IMG/VR virus record: IMGVR_UViG_3300023178_000017
Coordinates: 41,280-105,279 of that record
Source: a virus
Length of the DNA stretch: 64,000 bases
Reading direction: 5' to 3' (one strand)
Shown: positions 1 to 9,647 of the stretch, one piece after another
How positions within the stretch are numbered: the stretch's first letter is position 1
How the letters are laid out: every line of letters begins with the position of its first letter
Translations under genes and position numbers: made by a program
The notes under the pieces: model-generated
What the model saw: the letters and a program-made list of their open reading frames with translations, nothing else
What the model was told of the DNA's origin: nothing
Databases searched by the model: none

Positions 1-762
1 ATATGTAGATGGTGATCTGTGTTGATATGTGCTAGGTACACGATATGATCTTGGGTCTTGATATGTAGACGGCGATCTATGTTGATATGTGCTAGGTACA
101 CGATATGATCTAGGATCACGGTATGTAAATGGCGATCTATGGTTATATGTAAACGGTGACCTATGTTGATACGTAAACGGTGATCTATGTTGATAAGTCG
201 AAGGTTGTCTAGCGCCTCTAATATTAGGTTCTTGTGCTGATACAGGGTGTCTGTAACCTGCTGGTTGTTGTGCTGATCTAATATTAGGTTCTTGTGCTGA
301 TACAGGGTGTCTATAACCTGCTGGTTGTCTAGCATTACCAATTACTGGTTGTTGTGCTGATACAGGTGCTCTATATGCTGCTGGTTGTCTAGCATTTCTA
401 ATATTAGGTTCTTGTGCTGATCTGATATTAGGTTCTTGACCGCTTCTAATATTAGGTTCTTGTGCTGATCTAATATTAGGTTGTTGACCATTCGCAATAT
501 AAGGCGACTGGAAAGTAAACGGTTGCCTTGCGTTATTAGGTTGTTGAGCATTTGCAATATAAGGCGACTGGAAAGTAAACGGTTGCCTTGCGTTATTAGG
601 TTGTCTAGCATTTGCAATATAAGGTGACTGATATGTAAATGGATTCTGGAATGTAAATGGATTCTGGAATGTAAATGGATTCTGGAAAGTAAAAGGTGTC
701 TGCACAGGAACAGAAGCCTGTGTAATACCTTGAGCATTTGCTGGATAAAAACCTGTTGCCAT
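1..762 (-). CDS. Pro-punctuated repeat fibre protein B (3' end runs off the window); partner of 774..2549
   Basis: Not in the ORF track because it has no stop in the window. Hand translation from ATG 762 is open to position 1: MATGFYPANAQGITQASVPVQTP-FTFQNP x3-FTYQSP-YIANARQP-NNARQP...NIRSAQEP...STYQHRSP-FTYRDP-RSYRVP. Confidence 0.9.
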   Translation of the reverse strand, partial: MATGFYPANAQGITQASVPVQTPFTFQNPFTFQNPFTFQNPFTYQSPYIANARQPNNARQPFTFQSPYIANAQQPNNARQPFTFQSPYIANGQQPNIRSAQEPNIRSGQEPNIRSAQEPNIRNARQPAAYRAPVSAQQPVIGNARQPAGYRHPVSAQEPNIRSAQQPAGYRHPVSAQEPNIRGARQPSTYQHRSPFTYQHRSPFTYNHRSPFTYRDPRSYRVPSTYQHRSPSTYQDPRSYRVPSTYQHRSPSTY

Positions 763-773
763 TTTACTTTAGA

Positions 774-2549
774 TTACTTAGGTGATGGTTTAAAGAAGAA
801 GAAGTTGTGAGCTAATACACCATTTGCAAAGAAATTGTGATTGTCGCCAACGTTCTTCAAGTTATACACCTGTTGTGAATCTTTCTCCTCTATTTTAATT
901 ATTTCTAGTCCTATTTCTGTACCTAGTACAGCATCTGTCATGGTCATCAAATGATCACCGACTGCGATTTCTGAATTTACAAATTCATCTCCACCTTCTT
1001 CTTTGTGGAATTCTTTAAATTTCTCTAAGTTGATAACACCCCATTCACCATTCATTGTTCTAAATGGATGTTCTGAAGTTGTTTCAAGTATTCTACCGTC
1101 TGATAAATGTATCTCATGTATTGATACTTCTCTTGGTTGCATCAACTCTTCGACTACACCGATCTCTAATTTATTTGTCTCTTCGTTCCAAGTCATTACG
1201 TCTTGACCAACTTCTACTGTTTCAATTGGTACATGACTGCCATCGCCCAACCATATCATTGTGCCGGCAACAAAACATCCTTTGCCACCTCCAGGAATGT
1301 TACCAGGTATTGGACCAAACGGTTGATAGAAGTACACTGCTGGGAAGATAAATGGATATCTTGCTGTTTGTTGTGTAGTACTTGGTTGCCTTGCGTTATT
1401 TGGTTGCCTTGCGTTGTTTGGTTGCCTTGCGTTATTAGGTTGTCTAGCAGCAACTGGTTGTCTTGCCTGATACGTAAACGGCGCACGGAATGTAAATGGA
1501 GTCCTTGCGTTATTAGGTTGTCTTGCCTGATACGTAAACGGCGCACGGAATGTAAATGGAGTCCTTGCGTTATTAGGTTGTCTTGCCTGATACGTAAACG
1601 GCGATCTATGGTTATACGTAAACGGTGATCTGTGGTTATATGTAAACGGTGATCTGTGGTTATACGTATACGGTGATCTATGTTGATACGTAAATGGCAC
1701 CCTATATGATCTTGGATCACGGTATGTAAATGGTGATCTGTACGCATACGTAAACGGTATCTGATATGATCTTGGATCACGGTATGTAAATGGTGATCTA
1801 TGTTGATACGTAAATGGCACCCTATATGATCTTGGGTCTCTATATGTAAATGGTGACCTATGTTGATACGTAAACGGTGTTTGTGCGTTTCTGATATTTG
1901 GTTCTTGTGCAGACCTAATATTTGGTTCTTGACCGCTTCTAATATTAGGCTCTTGAGCAGCAACTGGATGTTGATAAGATGCTGGTGTTTGTCTATTTCT
2001 TATAAACGGAGTCTGAGCACTTACAGGGTGATTATACCCAGCTGGTGTTTGTGCGTTTCTGATAAACGGATTCTGTGCATTAACAGGATGTTGATAAGAA
2101 GCAGGTTGTTGTGCGTTTCTGATAAACGGATTCTGTGCATTTACTGGATGTCTATAGAATGCTGGTGTTTGTCTATTTCTTATAAACGGATTCTGTGCAT
2201 TAACAGGATGTCTATATGATACAGAGTTTTGTGCATTCGCAATATAAGGCGATTGAGCATTCGCAATATAAGGATACGGCTGTTGTGCATCTCTTATAAA
2301 TGGATTCTGTCTATTAGCAATATAAGGATACGGCTGTTGTGCATCTCTTATAAATGGATTCTGTCTATTAGCAATATAAGGATATGGTTGTTGTGTAGGT
2401 TGTTGACCTGATGCGTTATTCCACCCACTAGGAGTTTTAATGTAAATTTGATCTACATCTTTCCAAGTGTTTGAAGCAGTTTTAACCCATGCACCTTGGG
2501 TTGAATTCCAACCTGAGGGGGTTTTTACTTTCTGTGAGCCTGTCGCCAT
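774..2549 (-). CDS. Pro-punctuated repeat fibre protein A with C-terminal Hint (BIL-like) domain
   Basis: N-terminal WVK/YIK..GW motif, about 340 aa of 6/8-residue Pro-terminated modules, then the Hint domain and the tail FFFFKPSPK. Confidence 0.9.
   Translation of the reverse strand: MATGSQKVKTPSGWNSTQGAWVKTASNTWKDVDQIYIKTPSGWNNASGQQPTQQPYPYIANRQNPFIRDAQQPYPYIANRQNPFIRDAQQPYPYIANAQSPYIANAQNSVSYRHPVNAQNPFIRNRQTPAFYRHPVNAQNPFIRNAQQPASYQHPVNAQNPFIRNAQTPAGYNHPVSAQTPFIRNRQTPASYQHPVAAQEPNIRSGQEPNIRSAQEPNIRNAQTPFTYQHRSPFTYRDPRSYRVPFTYQHRSPFTYRDPRSYQIPFTYAYRSPFTYRDPRSYRVPFTYQHRSPYTYNHRSPFTYNHRSPFTYNHRSPFTYQARQPNNARTPFTFRAPFTYQARQPNNARTPFTFRAPFTYQARQPVAARQPNNARQPNNARQPNNARQPSTTQQTARYPFIFPAVYFYQPFGPIPGNIPGGGKGCFVAGTMIWLGDGSHVPIETVEVGQDVMTWNEETNKLEIGVVEELMQPREVSIHEIHLSDGRILETTSEHPFRTMNGEWGVINLEKFKEFHKEEGGDEFVNSEIAVGDHLMTMTDAVLGTEIGLEIIKIEEKDSQQVYNLKNVGDNHNFFANGVLAHNFFFFKPSPK
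804..1277 (-). other. Hint / bacterial intein-like domain (158 aa, no endonuclease)
   Basis: Block A CFVAGTMI (Cys425), block B TTSEHPF, block F/G VYNLKNVGDNHNFFANGVLAHN. The +1 residue is Phe. Confidence 0.9.
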
Positions 2550-2582
2550 TTAATCCTTTCTCGCTTTTTATCTATTTATCAA

Positions 2583-4880
2583 TTATGAATAAAGAATCCA
2601 TAGATCACCAACTGCTCCGTCACCTGAAGTAGGTGCAGAAGTTGATTGATATATGTTTCTCGCAACACCACCACTATTTGAAGCGTATGATGTTGAAATT
2701 TGTGATGCTCTAAAGTTTGCGTCTGTTAATGTTAACGAACCTGTAGAAGCACCAGTTGCAGTTGTTGTAGCAACTACAAACTCATCAGCACTTTCGTCCC
2801 AACCCATAAATGCGTTGTCGCCAGTTGAACCTCTTTCTAACACAAGACCAAGGTCATTTGAGTTAGCACCTGTGTTACCAGACCCTAATTCAATCAATGC
2901 ATCACTGATTGTTGTATTTGTAGAATCTACAGTTGATGTAGTACCATTAACTGTTAGGTTACCAGATAATGTTAAGTTACCAAATTGTACGTTACTTGTT
3001 GTAGCAACTGCCTGACCAATACTTATTTCACCTGAACTAATTGAGACACCAGTTCCTGCACTAATATGACTTCTAACTTCTGAAGCGCTTGGGCCAGTAT
3101 ATGTGATTACACCAGTAGATGAATTGTATGCTAAACTTCCATCACCACCTGAATCAGTAACAGAGATTGAACCTCTTGCATCTGAATCAGCATATTGTGT
3201 AATTGTTGTTGCAAGTGTTAAGGTACCATTTACATCATCGTATGTTGATGTGATGCCTGTACCTGCTGTTACTAAAGCATTTACTCTGTCATCAACTCTT
3301 TCGTCTGTGAAGTATAAGTTTGATGAACCTTCTGTTAACGAATCTGTATCTGGTAATAATGCATTAACTCTAGCATCTGCTCTAGCGTTTGTAAAGTAAA
3401 GGTTTGAACCTTCTGAAATATGAGCAGTTGTTGAAGGTATTGTAATAGCACCTGTACTTGAATCATATGCACCTGCACCAGAGTTTGTACTTAGAGATGC
3501 TCTTGCTCTAGCATCTGTATAGAATAAGTTTGTTGAACCTTCTGTAATGTCATCTGAATCACCACTTAGTTCACTTAATGCATCTGCTGTATCTACTTGT
3601 GCATCAACATAAGTTTTGACTGCTAACTGAGAAGGTACTAAAGTATCTGAAGCACTACCAAAATTAACATCTGTATCGATTGCATTTTGAACTCTAGCGT
3701 CTGCTCTTGCATTTGTAAAGTATAAGTTTGTAGAGCCTTCTGTTATTTCATCTGTATTGTCTTTACTTGCGACTTGTGAATCTACATATGCTTTAACTGA
3801 TTGTTGAGAAGGTATTCTTGTTTCACTATTAGACACCATATTATCTTCATCGATAAGAGCTGCTGTGATTCTAGCATCTGCTCTAGCGTCAGTGAAATAT
3901 AAGTTTGAACCTTCTGCTAAATCACCAGTGTCATGGTTAGCAATACTAGTAACTGTACCAGTTACGTTACCAGTTAAGTTTCCTTCGAATGTTCCTGCAA
4001 CAAAAGTTTCTGAACCGACTGTCCATTTATCGTTGGTCTCATCCCATAAGAATGTTTTTGCAGTTGAACTACCTCTAGTTACACTCAAACCAGCATCTTC
4101 TGTTGGTGAACCTGAAGTAAAGTTACTGTTTAATGCGATTGTGTTGTCTGCAAGGTTAATTGTCTCTGAGTTTACAGTTGTTGTTGTACCTGAAACTGTT
4201 AGTGAACCTGAGATTGTAACATCATCGTTAAGTGAAATAACACCATTTCCGTTACCACTCAATACTAAGTTAGTATCAGCTGATCTGGACACGATTTGAT
4301 CAACTGCAATATTGTTACTAAATGTGATGTTGTTTCCTGCACTGTTGGTAATATTGTTACCGTCTTCGATTTGAACTGGACCTTTAAGTGCAATAACACC
4401 TGATCCTGTTGCATCTAACTCTAAATCACCAGAACCACTTGTCTGTATAGACATGTTTTGGTTAGAGTCAGCACTAAAGACGATTGTACCTGAGTCATCT
4501 GAAATAACCTGTTGTCCGTTAACATATAAAGAACCAGGTCCAACGTATACGTCTTTCCATGTTCTACTTGATGAACCTAAGTCGTATGTGTTATCTGCGC
4601 TTGGTATGATGTTACCTGCAAATGTACCACCACCTAAGTATGATAATACATCTGAGTCGCCGTATTGGGCTGCACCTGCGATTGTTAGTGTGTTAGCAGA
4701 ATCATCGTATGTTAATGTGATGCCTGTACCTGCTGTTAAAAGTTGAGCGACTCTATCGTCTACTGACTCATCTAATGCTGATGCTGAAATTGAACCAACG
4801 TATGATCCAGAAGAGCTAATAACCTCTGTTCCACCGATTGACAGGCCGTTTTTAATATTAAAATTCTTTTCCCCTGCCAT
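2583..4880 (-). CDS. Tail fibre-like virion protein
   Basis: G/S/T/D-rich, with repeated TDxxTEGSxNLYFTxARA motifs and [12 protein letters not shown] segments; C-terminal APTSGDGAVGDLWILYS. Confidence 0.75.
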   Translation of the reverse strand: MAGEKNFNIKNGLSIGGTEVISSSGSYVGSISASALDESVDDRVAQLLTAGTGITLTYDDSANTLTIAGAAQYGDSDVLSYLGGGTFAGNIIPSADNTYDLGSSSRTWKDVYVGPGSLYVNGQQVISDDSGTIVFSADSNQNMSIQTSGSGDLELDATGSGVIALKGPVQIEDGNNITNSAGNNITFSNNIAVDQIVSRSADTNLVLSGNGNGVISLNDDVTISGSLTVSGTTTTVNSETINLADNTIALNSNFTSGSPTEDAGLSVTRGSSTAKTFLWDETNDKWTVGSETFVAGTFEGNLTGNVTGTVTSIANHDTGDLAEGSNLYFTDARADARITAALIDEDNMVSNSETRIPSQQSVKAYVDSQVASKDNTDEITEGSTNLYFTNARADARVQNAIDTDVNFGSASDTLVPSQLAVKTYVDAQVDTADALSELSGDSDDITEGSTNLFYTDARARASLSTNSGAGAYDSSTGAITIPSTTAHISEGSNLYFTNARADARVNALLPDTDSLTEGSSNLYFTDERVDDRVNALVTAGTGITSTYDDVNGTLTLATTITQYADSDARGSISVTDSGGDGSLAYNSSTGVITYTGPSASEVRSHISAGTGVSISSGEISIGQAVATTSNVQFGNLTLSGNLTVNGTTSTVDSTNTTISDALIELGSGNTGANSNDLGLVLERGSTGDNAFMGWDESADEFVVATTTATGASTGSLTLTDANFRASQISTSYASNSGGVARNIYQSTSAPTSGDGAVGDLWILYS

Positions 4881-5140
4881 TAGATAGTACCTCCGTCAAC
4901 TTGCGGTAATGAAAACTCACCCGTTGATGAGTTATAAGATAAATTCGTTTCTCCAGATGCTAATGAAATAGCACCTCTTGCTTTTGCGTTAGTAAAATAT
5001 TGATTCGTTGCACCTTCTGTGATGTCATCTGAGTCTAGTGCGGATACTGATCCAGCGGTAATTTTACCAGCACTAGTTATGACCTCTGTAGAACCGATGT
5101 TTAATCCGTATTCTATAACAAAATTATTTTGTGTTGCCAT
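4880..5140 (-). CDS. Small fibre-related virion protein
   Basis: N-terminus paralogous to 2583..4880; one TEGATNQYFT repeat; ends VDGGTI. Confidence 0.7.
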   Translation of the reverse strand: MATQNNFVIEYGLNIGSTEVITSAGKITAGSVSALDSDDITEGATNQYFTNAKARGAISLASGETNLSYNSSTGEFSLPQVDGGTI

Positions 5141-5228
5141 GGTTAGTGTGTCCTAATTGAGTGTATACAGTATTATTTAGTAGAGATTACTCTTCAAAAA
5201 GGTGGTTTAAACAAAATTTAAACAAAAA

Positions 5229-5969
5229 TCATACTTTAATTAATTGACGTGACCATTTGAATACAGTCGAGTTTGCAGAAGCAGGTGTAATCTTTAAAAC
5301 TACATTACCACTTTCAACTGCAACTGATACTGAATACAACGAACTATTTGTAACTATCTCAGCGTATTGTGTAAAGTAAGCAGTTGAACCGTCATGAATT
5401 ACAACAACTTCAGATGTGTGATAGTTTGTACCCTCTGTTGCTTGTAAAATATACTTAGCACTTCGATAATTTGATAAAGAAAACGAATCTAAGTCTGTTT
5501 CCGATGTTGTAGTGGTTGTTGTACCTGTATTACTATCAACAACCAAACTATCGATTGTTAATGTGTCTGAAGCAGTGATAGTAGTGCATGTTAAATCACC
5601 AACTTCTAAAGCTGCTTTAGCGTAACCTGTGCCTGAAGTGTTAACTGTTGTAGTAGGTTCTACTTCTAAACCGTCAAATAATTTCCATGTAGAATCACTA
5701 GCATCTCTAAAAAGACCTGTGAACTCATTGCCGCTGTCTGATAAACCATCATCGTAGTTACCATATAACCCTATGTCAACTGTATCTGAACTCGTGTTTG
5801 AGTTCGCAAGTTCGATCATTGAGTCTATAACAGACGTGGTTGTACTGTTAACGGTAGTTTGTGTACCATTAACTGTTAAATTGCCTGTGATTGTCGCATC
5901 GCCATCGACCAACAGGTCTTGACCTGTTTCTAGTCCTATGTCTGCATAAAATTTTGATTTTGTTGCCAT
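5229..5969 (-). CDS. Fibre-like virion structural protein
   Basis: [14 protein letters not shown] segment; C-terminal RSAKY..YHTSE..HDG domain shared with the next two genes. Confidence 0.7.
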   Translation of the reverse strand: MATKSKFYADIGLETGQDLLVDGDATITGNLTVNGTQTTVNSTTTSVIDSMIELANSNTSSDTVDIGLYGNYDDGLSDSGNEFTGLFRDASDSTWKLFDGLEVEPTTTVNTSGTGYAKAALEVGDLTCTTITASDTLTIDSLVVDSNTGTTTTTTSETDLDSFSLSNYRSAKYILQATEGTNYHTSEVVVIHDGSTAYFTQYAEIVTNSSLYSVSVAVESGNVVLKITPASANSTVFKWSRQLIKV

Positions 5970-6017
5970 AATAATCTCAAAAATATATTCTCAGTACTAT
6001 TTATGACTTTTTGGAAG

Positions 6018-6045
6018 TAAAAGAAAGGGGATCATGTGATCCCCT
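6018..6045 (-). terminator. Rho-independent terminator
   Basis: AGGGGATC-4 nt loop-GATCCCCT stem followed by TTCTTTT on the minus strand. Confidence 0.75.
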
Positions 6046-6065
6046 CTCAAGAAAGTTGCTTAGTT

Positions 6066-6476
6066 CTAAGCGCCTACTAAAGTCCTGTGGAATTTAATAG
6101 TTGTACTGTTTGCTGAGGCAGGTGTAATTCTGAGTCTCAAGTCGGAACCATTAATGTCAGCATCGAATGATGCAACACTAGTGTTTTTCAATGTACCGTA
6201 TTGAGTCATGGTTACTGCGCTTCCGTCATGTACTAATACTATCTCAGTTGAATGATAGTTAGAACCTTCTGACATTGCAATAACATATCTAGCAGCTCTA
6301 AAGTCAGCATGGGCAAAAGTGTCCAAGTCGACTTGAGATGTAGATGTTGTTGTTAATGCTGTAGACGTTCTATGTTTAGTATCCAACTCTTTAGAAGTAG
6401 TGATGACATCATTAGATGAATCGTAAGACAATACTCTAATTAACTCAGCGACTTTAAATGCATTTGTTTTAGCCAT
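6066..6476 (-). CDS. Virion structural protein
   Basis: RAARY..YHSTE..HDG..QYG domain, paralogous to the C-termini of 5229..5969 and 6487..7314. Confidence 0.7.
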   Translation of the reverse strand: MAKTNAFKVAELIRVLSYDSSNDVITTSKELDTKHRTSTALTTTSTSQVDLDTFAHADFRAARYVIAMSEGSNYHSTEIVLVHDGSAVTMTQYGTLKNTSVASFDADINGSDLRLRITPASANSTTIKFHRTLVGA

Positions 6477-6486
6477 TGTCTACTCC

Positions 6487-7314
6487 TTATGATAACCTAA
6501 TTTGGAAGGTTTTGAATGTTGTATTAGTATTTGCAGGAGTCACAAGCAATCTCATGTTTCCTGAATTTACATCTGAACTTAACGTGAATAATGAAGACGC
6601 TGAATATACATCGCCATATTGAACGAAGTAAGAATTCGAGCCATCATTAATCAATAATACTTCTGCTGAATGTGTGCCAGCTGATGCATGTGATGCCATG
6701 ATCACATACTTAACTGCCTTGTTGGCAATTGCGTTTGCTGATAACACCTGATCTGCTGTAGTAGCAGTAGCTGATAATGTAGTGAAGTAACCTTGAACAA
6801 GGTTAGCTGCACTAGTAATAGCGACTACTTCAACAACATCACCATTTAAAGCATTTTCCGTTAATGTGATAGTTGATGAGCTGGTAGCAGTATAGTCTGC
6901 ACCACCACCTACTAACTTAACACCGTTAATGTACACTTGTTCATAACCTGAGGTATATGAAAGTGAATTACCATTATCATCGTTACCTGTAATTGAAGTA
7001 CCAGTTGATGATATAGTGTAAGTGAATGTTTGTACACCCGAAGATGGTTGGTCTGACCAACTCAAAGTTCCTGAACCATCAGTTTTTAAAATCTGATTTG
7101 AGGAACCATCACTTGTAGGAAAAGAGAAAGCATCATTAACAGTTAAAGAAGCTGGATTCGATCCAACTTCTACAACAGCAGCTGAGCCGTCATTCTTCTC
7201 GGTATAAAATCTACCATGATAAGTATTGACAGCTAATTCACCTAGTGATAGATCACCTATACCAGGCAAAGCGCTTTGTGTAGAACTCCTTTTAAATTGT
7301 ATTAATGTTGCCAT
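6487..7314 (-). CDS. Virion fibre/decoration protein with Mtd-N-like N-terminus
   Basis: IQFKRS..P..L..GELAVN motif; shared C-terminal domain. Confidence 0.65.
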   Translation of the reverse strand: MATLIQFKRSSTQSALPGIGDLSLGELAVNTYHGRFYTEKNDGSAAVVEVGSNPASLTVNDAFSFPTSDGSSNQILKTDGSGTLSWSDQPSSGVQTFTYTISSTGTSITGNDDNGNSLSYTSGYEQVYINGVKLVGGGADYTATSSSTITLTENALNGDVVEVVAITSAANLVQGYFTTLSATATTADQVLSANAIANKAVKYVIMASHASAGTHSAEVLLINDGSNSYFVQYGDVYSASSLFTLSSDVNSGNMRLLVTPANTNTTFKTFQIRLS

Positions 7315-7342
7315 TGTTCTCTCCTATAGATTAGATGTTAAA

Positions 7343-8911
7343 TTAGAATGTACCACCGTCTATAGCAGTAACAGATACAGCACCTGAAGAGACTGTAAAG
7401 TTACTTGAGTCGAATGAAGCAATACCTTTAGCAGATGTTGTAGCATCATCGATTGCAACATCACCAGATGTTACAGTAAAGTATGAAGCTGAGAAAGATG
7501 CGATACCTTTATTAGCGTCTGTTGCATCTTCACCTGCTATTGTTATACTACCGTCAGCGTTTGTTACATCGATACCTTCGCCAGCTGAAAGAGCAGCAAG
7601 TTCCATATCTCCGTTAGAACCATTACCAATTAGTAATTGTCCTGCTGTAGGAGCTGCACCGTCTATAGAAGTAATTGAACCTGAAAGTGCAAGTCCTGAA
7701 ACTTCTAAGTTACCGAATACTGCGTTACCTACTGAACCAGAGAATACTGAAGATGTGTCTGTAGCGTCTTGGATAAATTTAAATTTACCGTCAGAATCAT
7801 CCATACCAAAGAAACCAATTTTAGCAGTAGAACCATTGTGCCACTTAAATTTGATACCTCTGTCTAGGTTGTCATCTGAAGCGTCATCACCGATTTCAAA
7901 CACTGGATCTGCAACTGAAGTAGTTGTAGAGTTTACAGTAGTTGTAGTACCGTTAACAGTCAAGTTACCTGAAACTGTTAAGTTACCTGAAGCGGCAATA
8001 TTTGTTGATGTAATGTCATCTGAAGTTAGTGTACCATCTACTTGTACGTTGTTAAACTGTACGTTTGATGATGTGCCAACATCCTGACCGATTGCTAATG
8101 TTACGCCGTTGCCTGAAGCAGTTGATGAAACACCAGTACCACCTAAAACAGAAAGTACTTCTGAGTCAAGGTCGATAGCAATAGATGTAGTACCATCTGA
8201 GATGTCTAAATCTTGTGCTGTTACTTGTGAATCAACATATGCTTTAACAGATTGCTGTGTAGGAACTTTAACGTCTGAATCAGAAGCCATGTTGTCTTCG
8301 TCAACTAAGAAGTCAATGTTTCCTACTTGAACTGCGTTAGCTTGAATTGCAGTAACACCTGAAGCGTTAACTGTTATGTCACCTGAAAGTGAAACGTTAT
8401 CAAATGAATCTGTACCATCATAGATCAAAATTTGACCTGATGAAGGAGCAGAAATATCTGAGTCTGATGCACCAGCAAGTGTTGAAGTTGTAGATACGAA
8501 AGAAAGGTTTCCTGAAGCATCTGTTGCAAGAACCTGGTTAGCAGAACCATCAGCTGATGGTAATGTAAAGGTTACTGAACTTGCAACTGAATCAGGAGCT
8601 TTCAGACCAACGAAGTTTGAACCGTTGTCTGAATCTTCTCTAAGTTGTAATGAAGCACCAGAAGTTGCACCGTTACCAACAATAAAGTTTGAAGGCGTTG
8701 GAGCATCACCGTCTACGATATCGGTATAATATTTACCGCCGATTTCGTGAATAACAGCTGATGAGCCTGAGTCTACTGACTCGATATACAATTTAGCAGA
8801 AGCACCGTCATTCGATCTATCCTGTACATACGCTAATTCGCCTTCGCTCAAGTCTGAGACTGTTGGCGCACTCGCTCCTGTACTTCTTTTAATTTGAATA
8901 ACTGTTGCCAT
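7343..8911 (-). CDS. Fibre protein with Mtd-N-like N-terminus
   Basis: IQIKRS..P..L.EGELA motif, fibre repeats, ends IDGGTF; AGGAGA RBS. Confidence 0.7.
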   Translation of the reverse strand: MATVIQIKRSTGASAPTVSDLSEGELAYVQDRSNDGASAKLYIESVDSGSSAVIHEIGGKYYTDIVDGDAPTPSNFIVGNGATSGASLQLREDSDNGSNFVGLKAPDSVASSVTFTLPSADGSANQVLATDASGNLSFVSTTSTLAGASDSDISAPSSGQILIYDGTDSFDNVSLSGDITVNASGVTAIQANAVQVGNIDFLVDEDNMASDSDVKVPTQQSVKAYVDSQVTAQDLDISDGTTSIAIDLDSEVLSVLGGTGVSSTASGNGVTLAIGQDVGTSSNVQFNNVQVDGTLTSDDITSTNIAASGNLTVSGNLTVNGTTTTVNSTTTSVADPVFEIGDDASDDNLDRGIKFKWHNGSTAKIGFFGMDDSDGKFKFIQDATDTSSVFSGSVGNAVFGNLEVSGLALSGSITSIDGAAPTAGQLLIGNGSNGDMELAALSAGEGIDVTNADGSITIAGEDATDANKGIASFSASYFTVTSGDVAIDDATTSAKGIASFDSSNFTVSSGAVSVTAIDGGTF

Positions 8912-9050
8912 TTTTTTCTCCTAAAAAATGAATTGGGTTTAATATAAAATTTGCAAATTTCTAGTTCACATATCCCTAGAAGATCATTATCTATCTCGTC
9001 CTCTCACAATGAGGGTCGTGTCTCACTGAATGACACCTTGATTGTAATAG

Positions 9051-9058
9051 TATTTATA
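9051..9058 (-). promoter_or_regulatory. T4-type late promoter TATAAATA
   Basis: Exact gp55 consensus upstream of 7343..8911. Confidence 0.75.
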
Positions 9059-9061
9059 AGA

Positions 9062-9304
9062 CTAAAATGTTCCGCCGTCTATAACAGTGGTAGTAACCCA
9101 CTTATCAGACGATGCGTTATATGCCAATAGGCCGTTATCTGTTTCACTAGCATCTACATCTGATAGTTCTTGTATAGATTTAGCTGATAGATTGACATTA
9201 GTAGATGAGTTACCAATTGCAACTTGTTTTACTCTAAAGTTACCTTGACCTTGCACCTTTCCTGAGATGCCTGCTACTCTTCCTACTACACCTTTAATTG
9301 CCAT
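9062..9304 (-). CDS. Small virion protein
   Basis: LSDVD..G.L.YN...KW fibre motif; ends IDGGTF. Confidence 0.65.
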   Translation of the reverse strand: MAIKGVVGRVAGISGKVQGQGNFRVKQVAIGNSSTNVNLSAKSIQELSDVDASETDNGLLAYNASSDKWVTTTVIDGGTF

Positions 9305-9306
9305 AC

Positions 9307-9642
9307 TTAACTCCTAGTTACACCTGGCGTTATAATAGCTTGTCCTTCGACAACTCTACTAGTTTGACCACCAGAACTTGTTATGTTTAAGTCATACAGA
9401 TATCTGCCTGGATTTAGAGCAGTTGTTTGTGTATCTGTTAAAGACAAAGTGACCTGACCTGAAGCCTCTGAAATAGATGTAGAAAATGTTGCACTTACTG
9501 AAGAAGACGTATATGTTTTTCTCATTTGTGCAGCTGCTGAATAACCTGATAGGTCTAAAACTGAACCATCAGAGTTTGTTACATCTACTGTAATGCTGAA
9601 GTCTGAACCTTGATCTATGTAAAGATTTGCTATAATTGCCAT
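9307..9642 (-). CDS. Conserved T4-like virion protein (BppU-N-like adaptor)
   Basis: ANLYIDQGSDF..L.GY...AQMRK..GRYLYD..RVVEG motif pattern. Confidence 0.6.
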   Translation of the reverse strand: MAIIANLYIDQGSDFSITVDVTNSDGSVLDLSGYSAAAQMRKTYTSSSVSATFSTSISEASGQVTLSLTDTQTTALNPGRYLYDLNITSSGGQTSRVVEGQAIITPGVTRS

Positions 9643-9647
9643 ATTAC

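Noticed and set aside
804-1277. Canonical mobile intein
   Set aside because: There is no homing endonuclease, the +1 residue is Phe, and the C-extein is only 9 aa.
342-1963. Track ORFs 342..737 and 1256..1963 (-), plus + strand ORFs over the repeats
   Set aside because: They are shadow frames of the repetitive genes; the real frames are 1..762 and 774..2549.
10-2066. DNA inverted repeat or sense/antisense coding as the cause of the A/B mirror pattern
   Set aside because: Both genes are on the same strand, and reverse-complementing FTYQHRSP codons does not give NIRSAQEP. The match exists only at peptide level.
1-2400. 60-nt and 24-nt tandem DNA repeats as a CRISPR array or ncRNA repeats
   Set aside because: There are no unique spacers, the periods are multiples of 3, and variation is largely synonymous. 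They are coding repeats.
6487-8911. Diversity-generating retroelement suggested by Mtd-like N-termini
   Set aside because: No reverse transcriptase and no TR/VR pair with adenine-specific mismatches were seen in the window.
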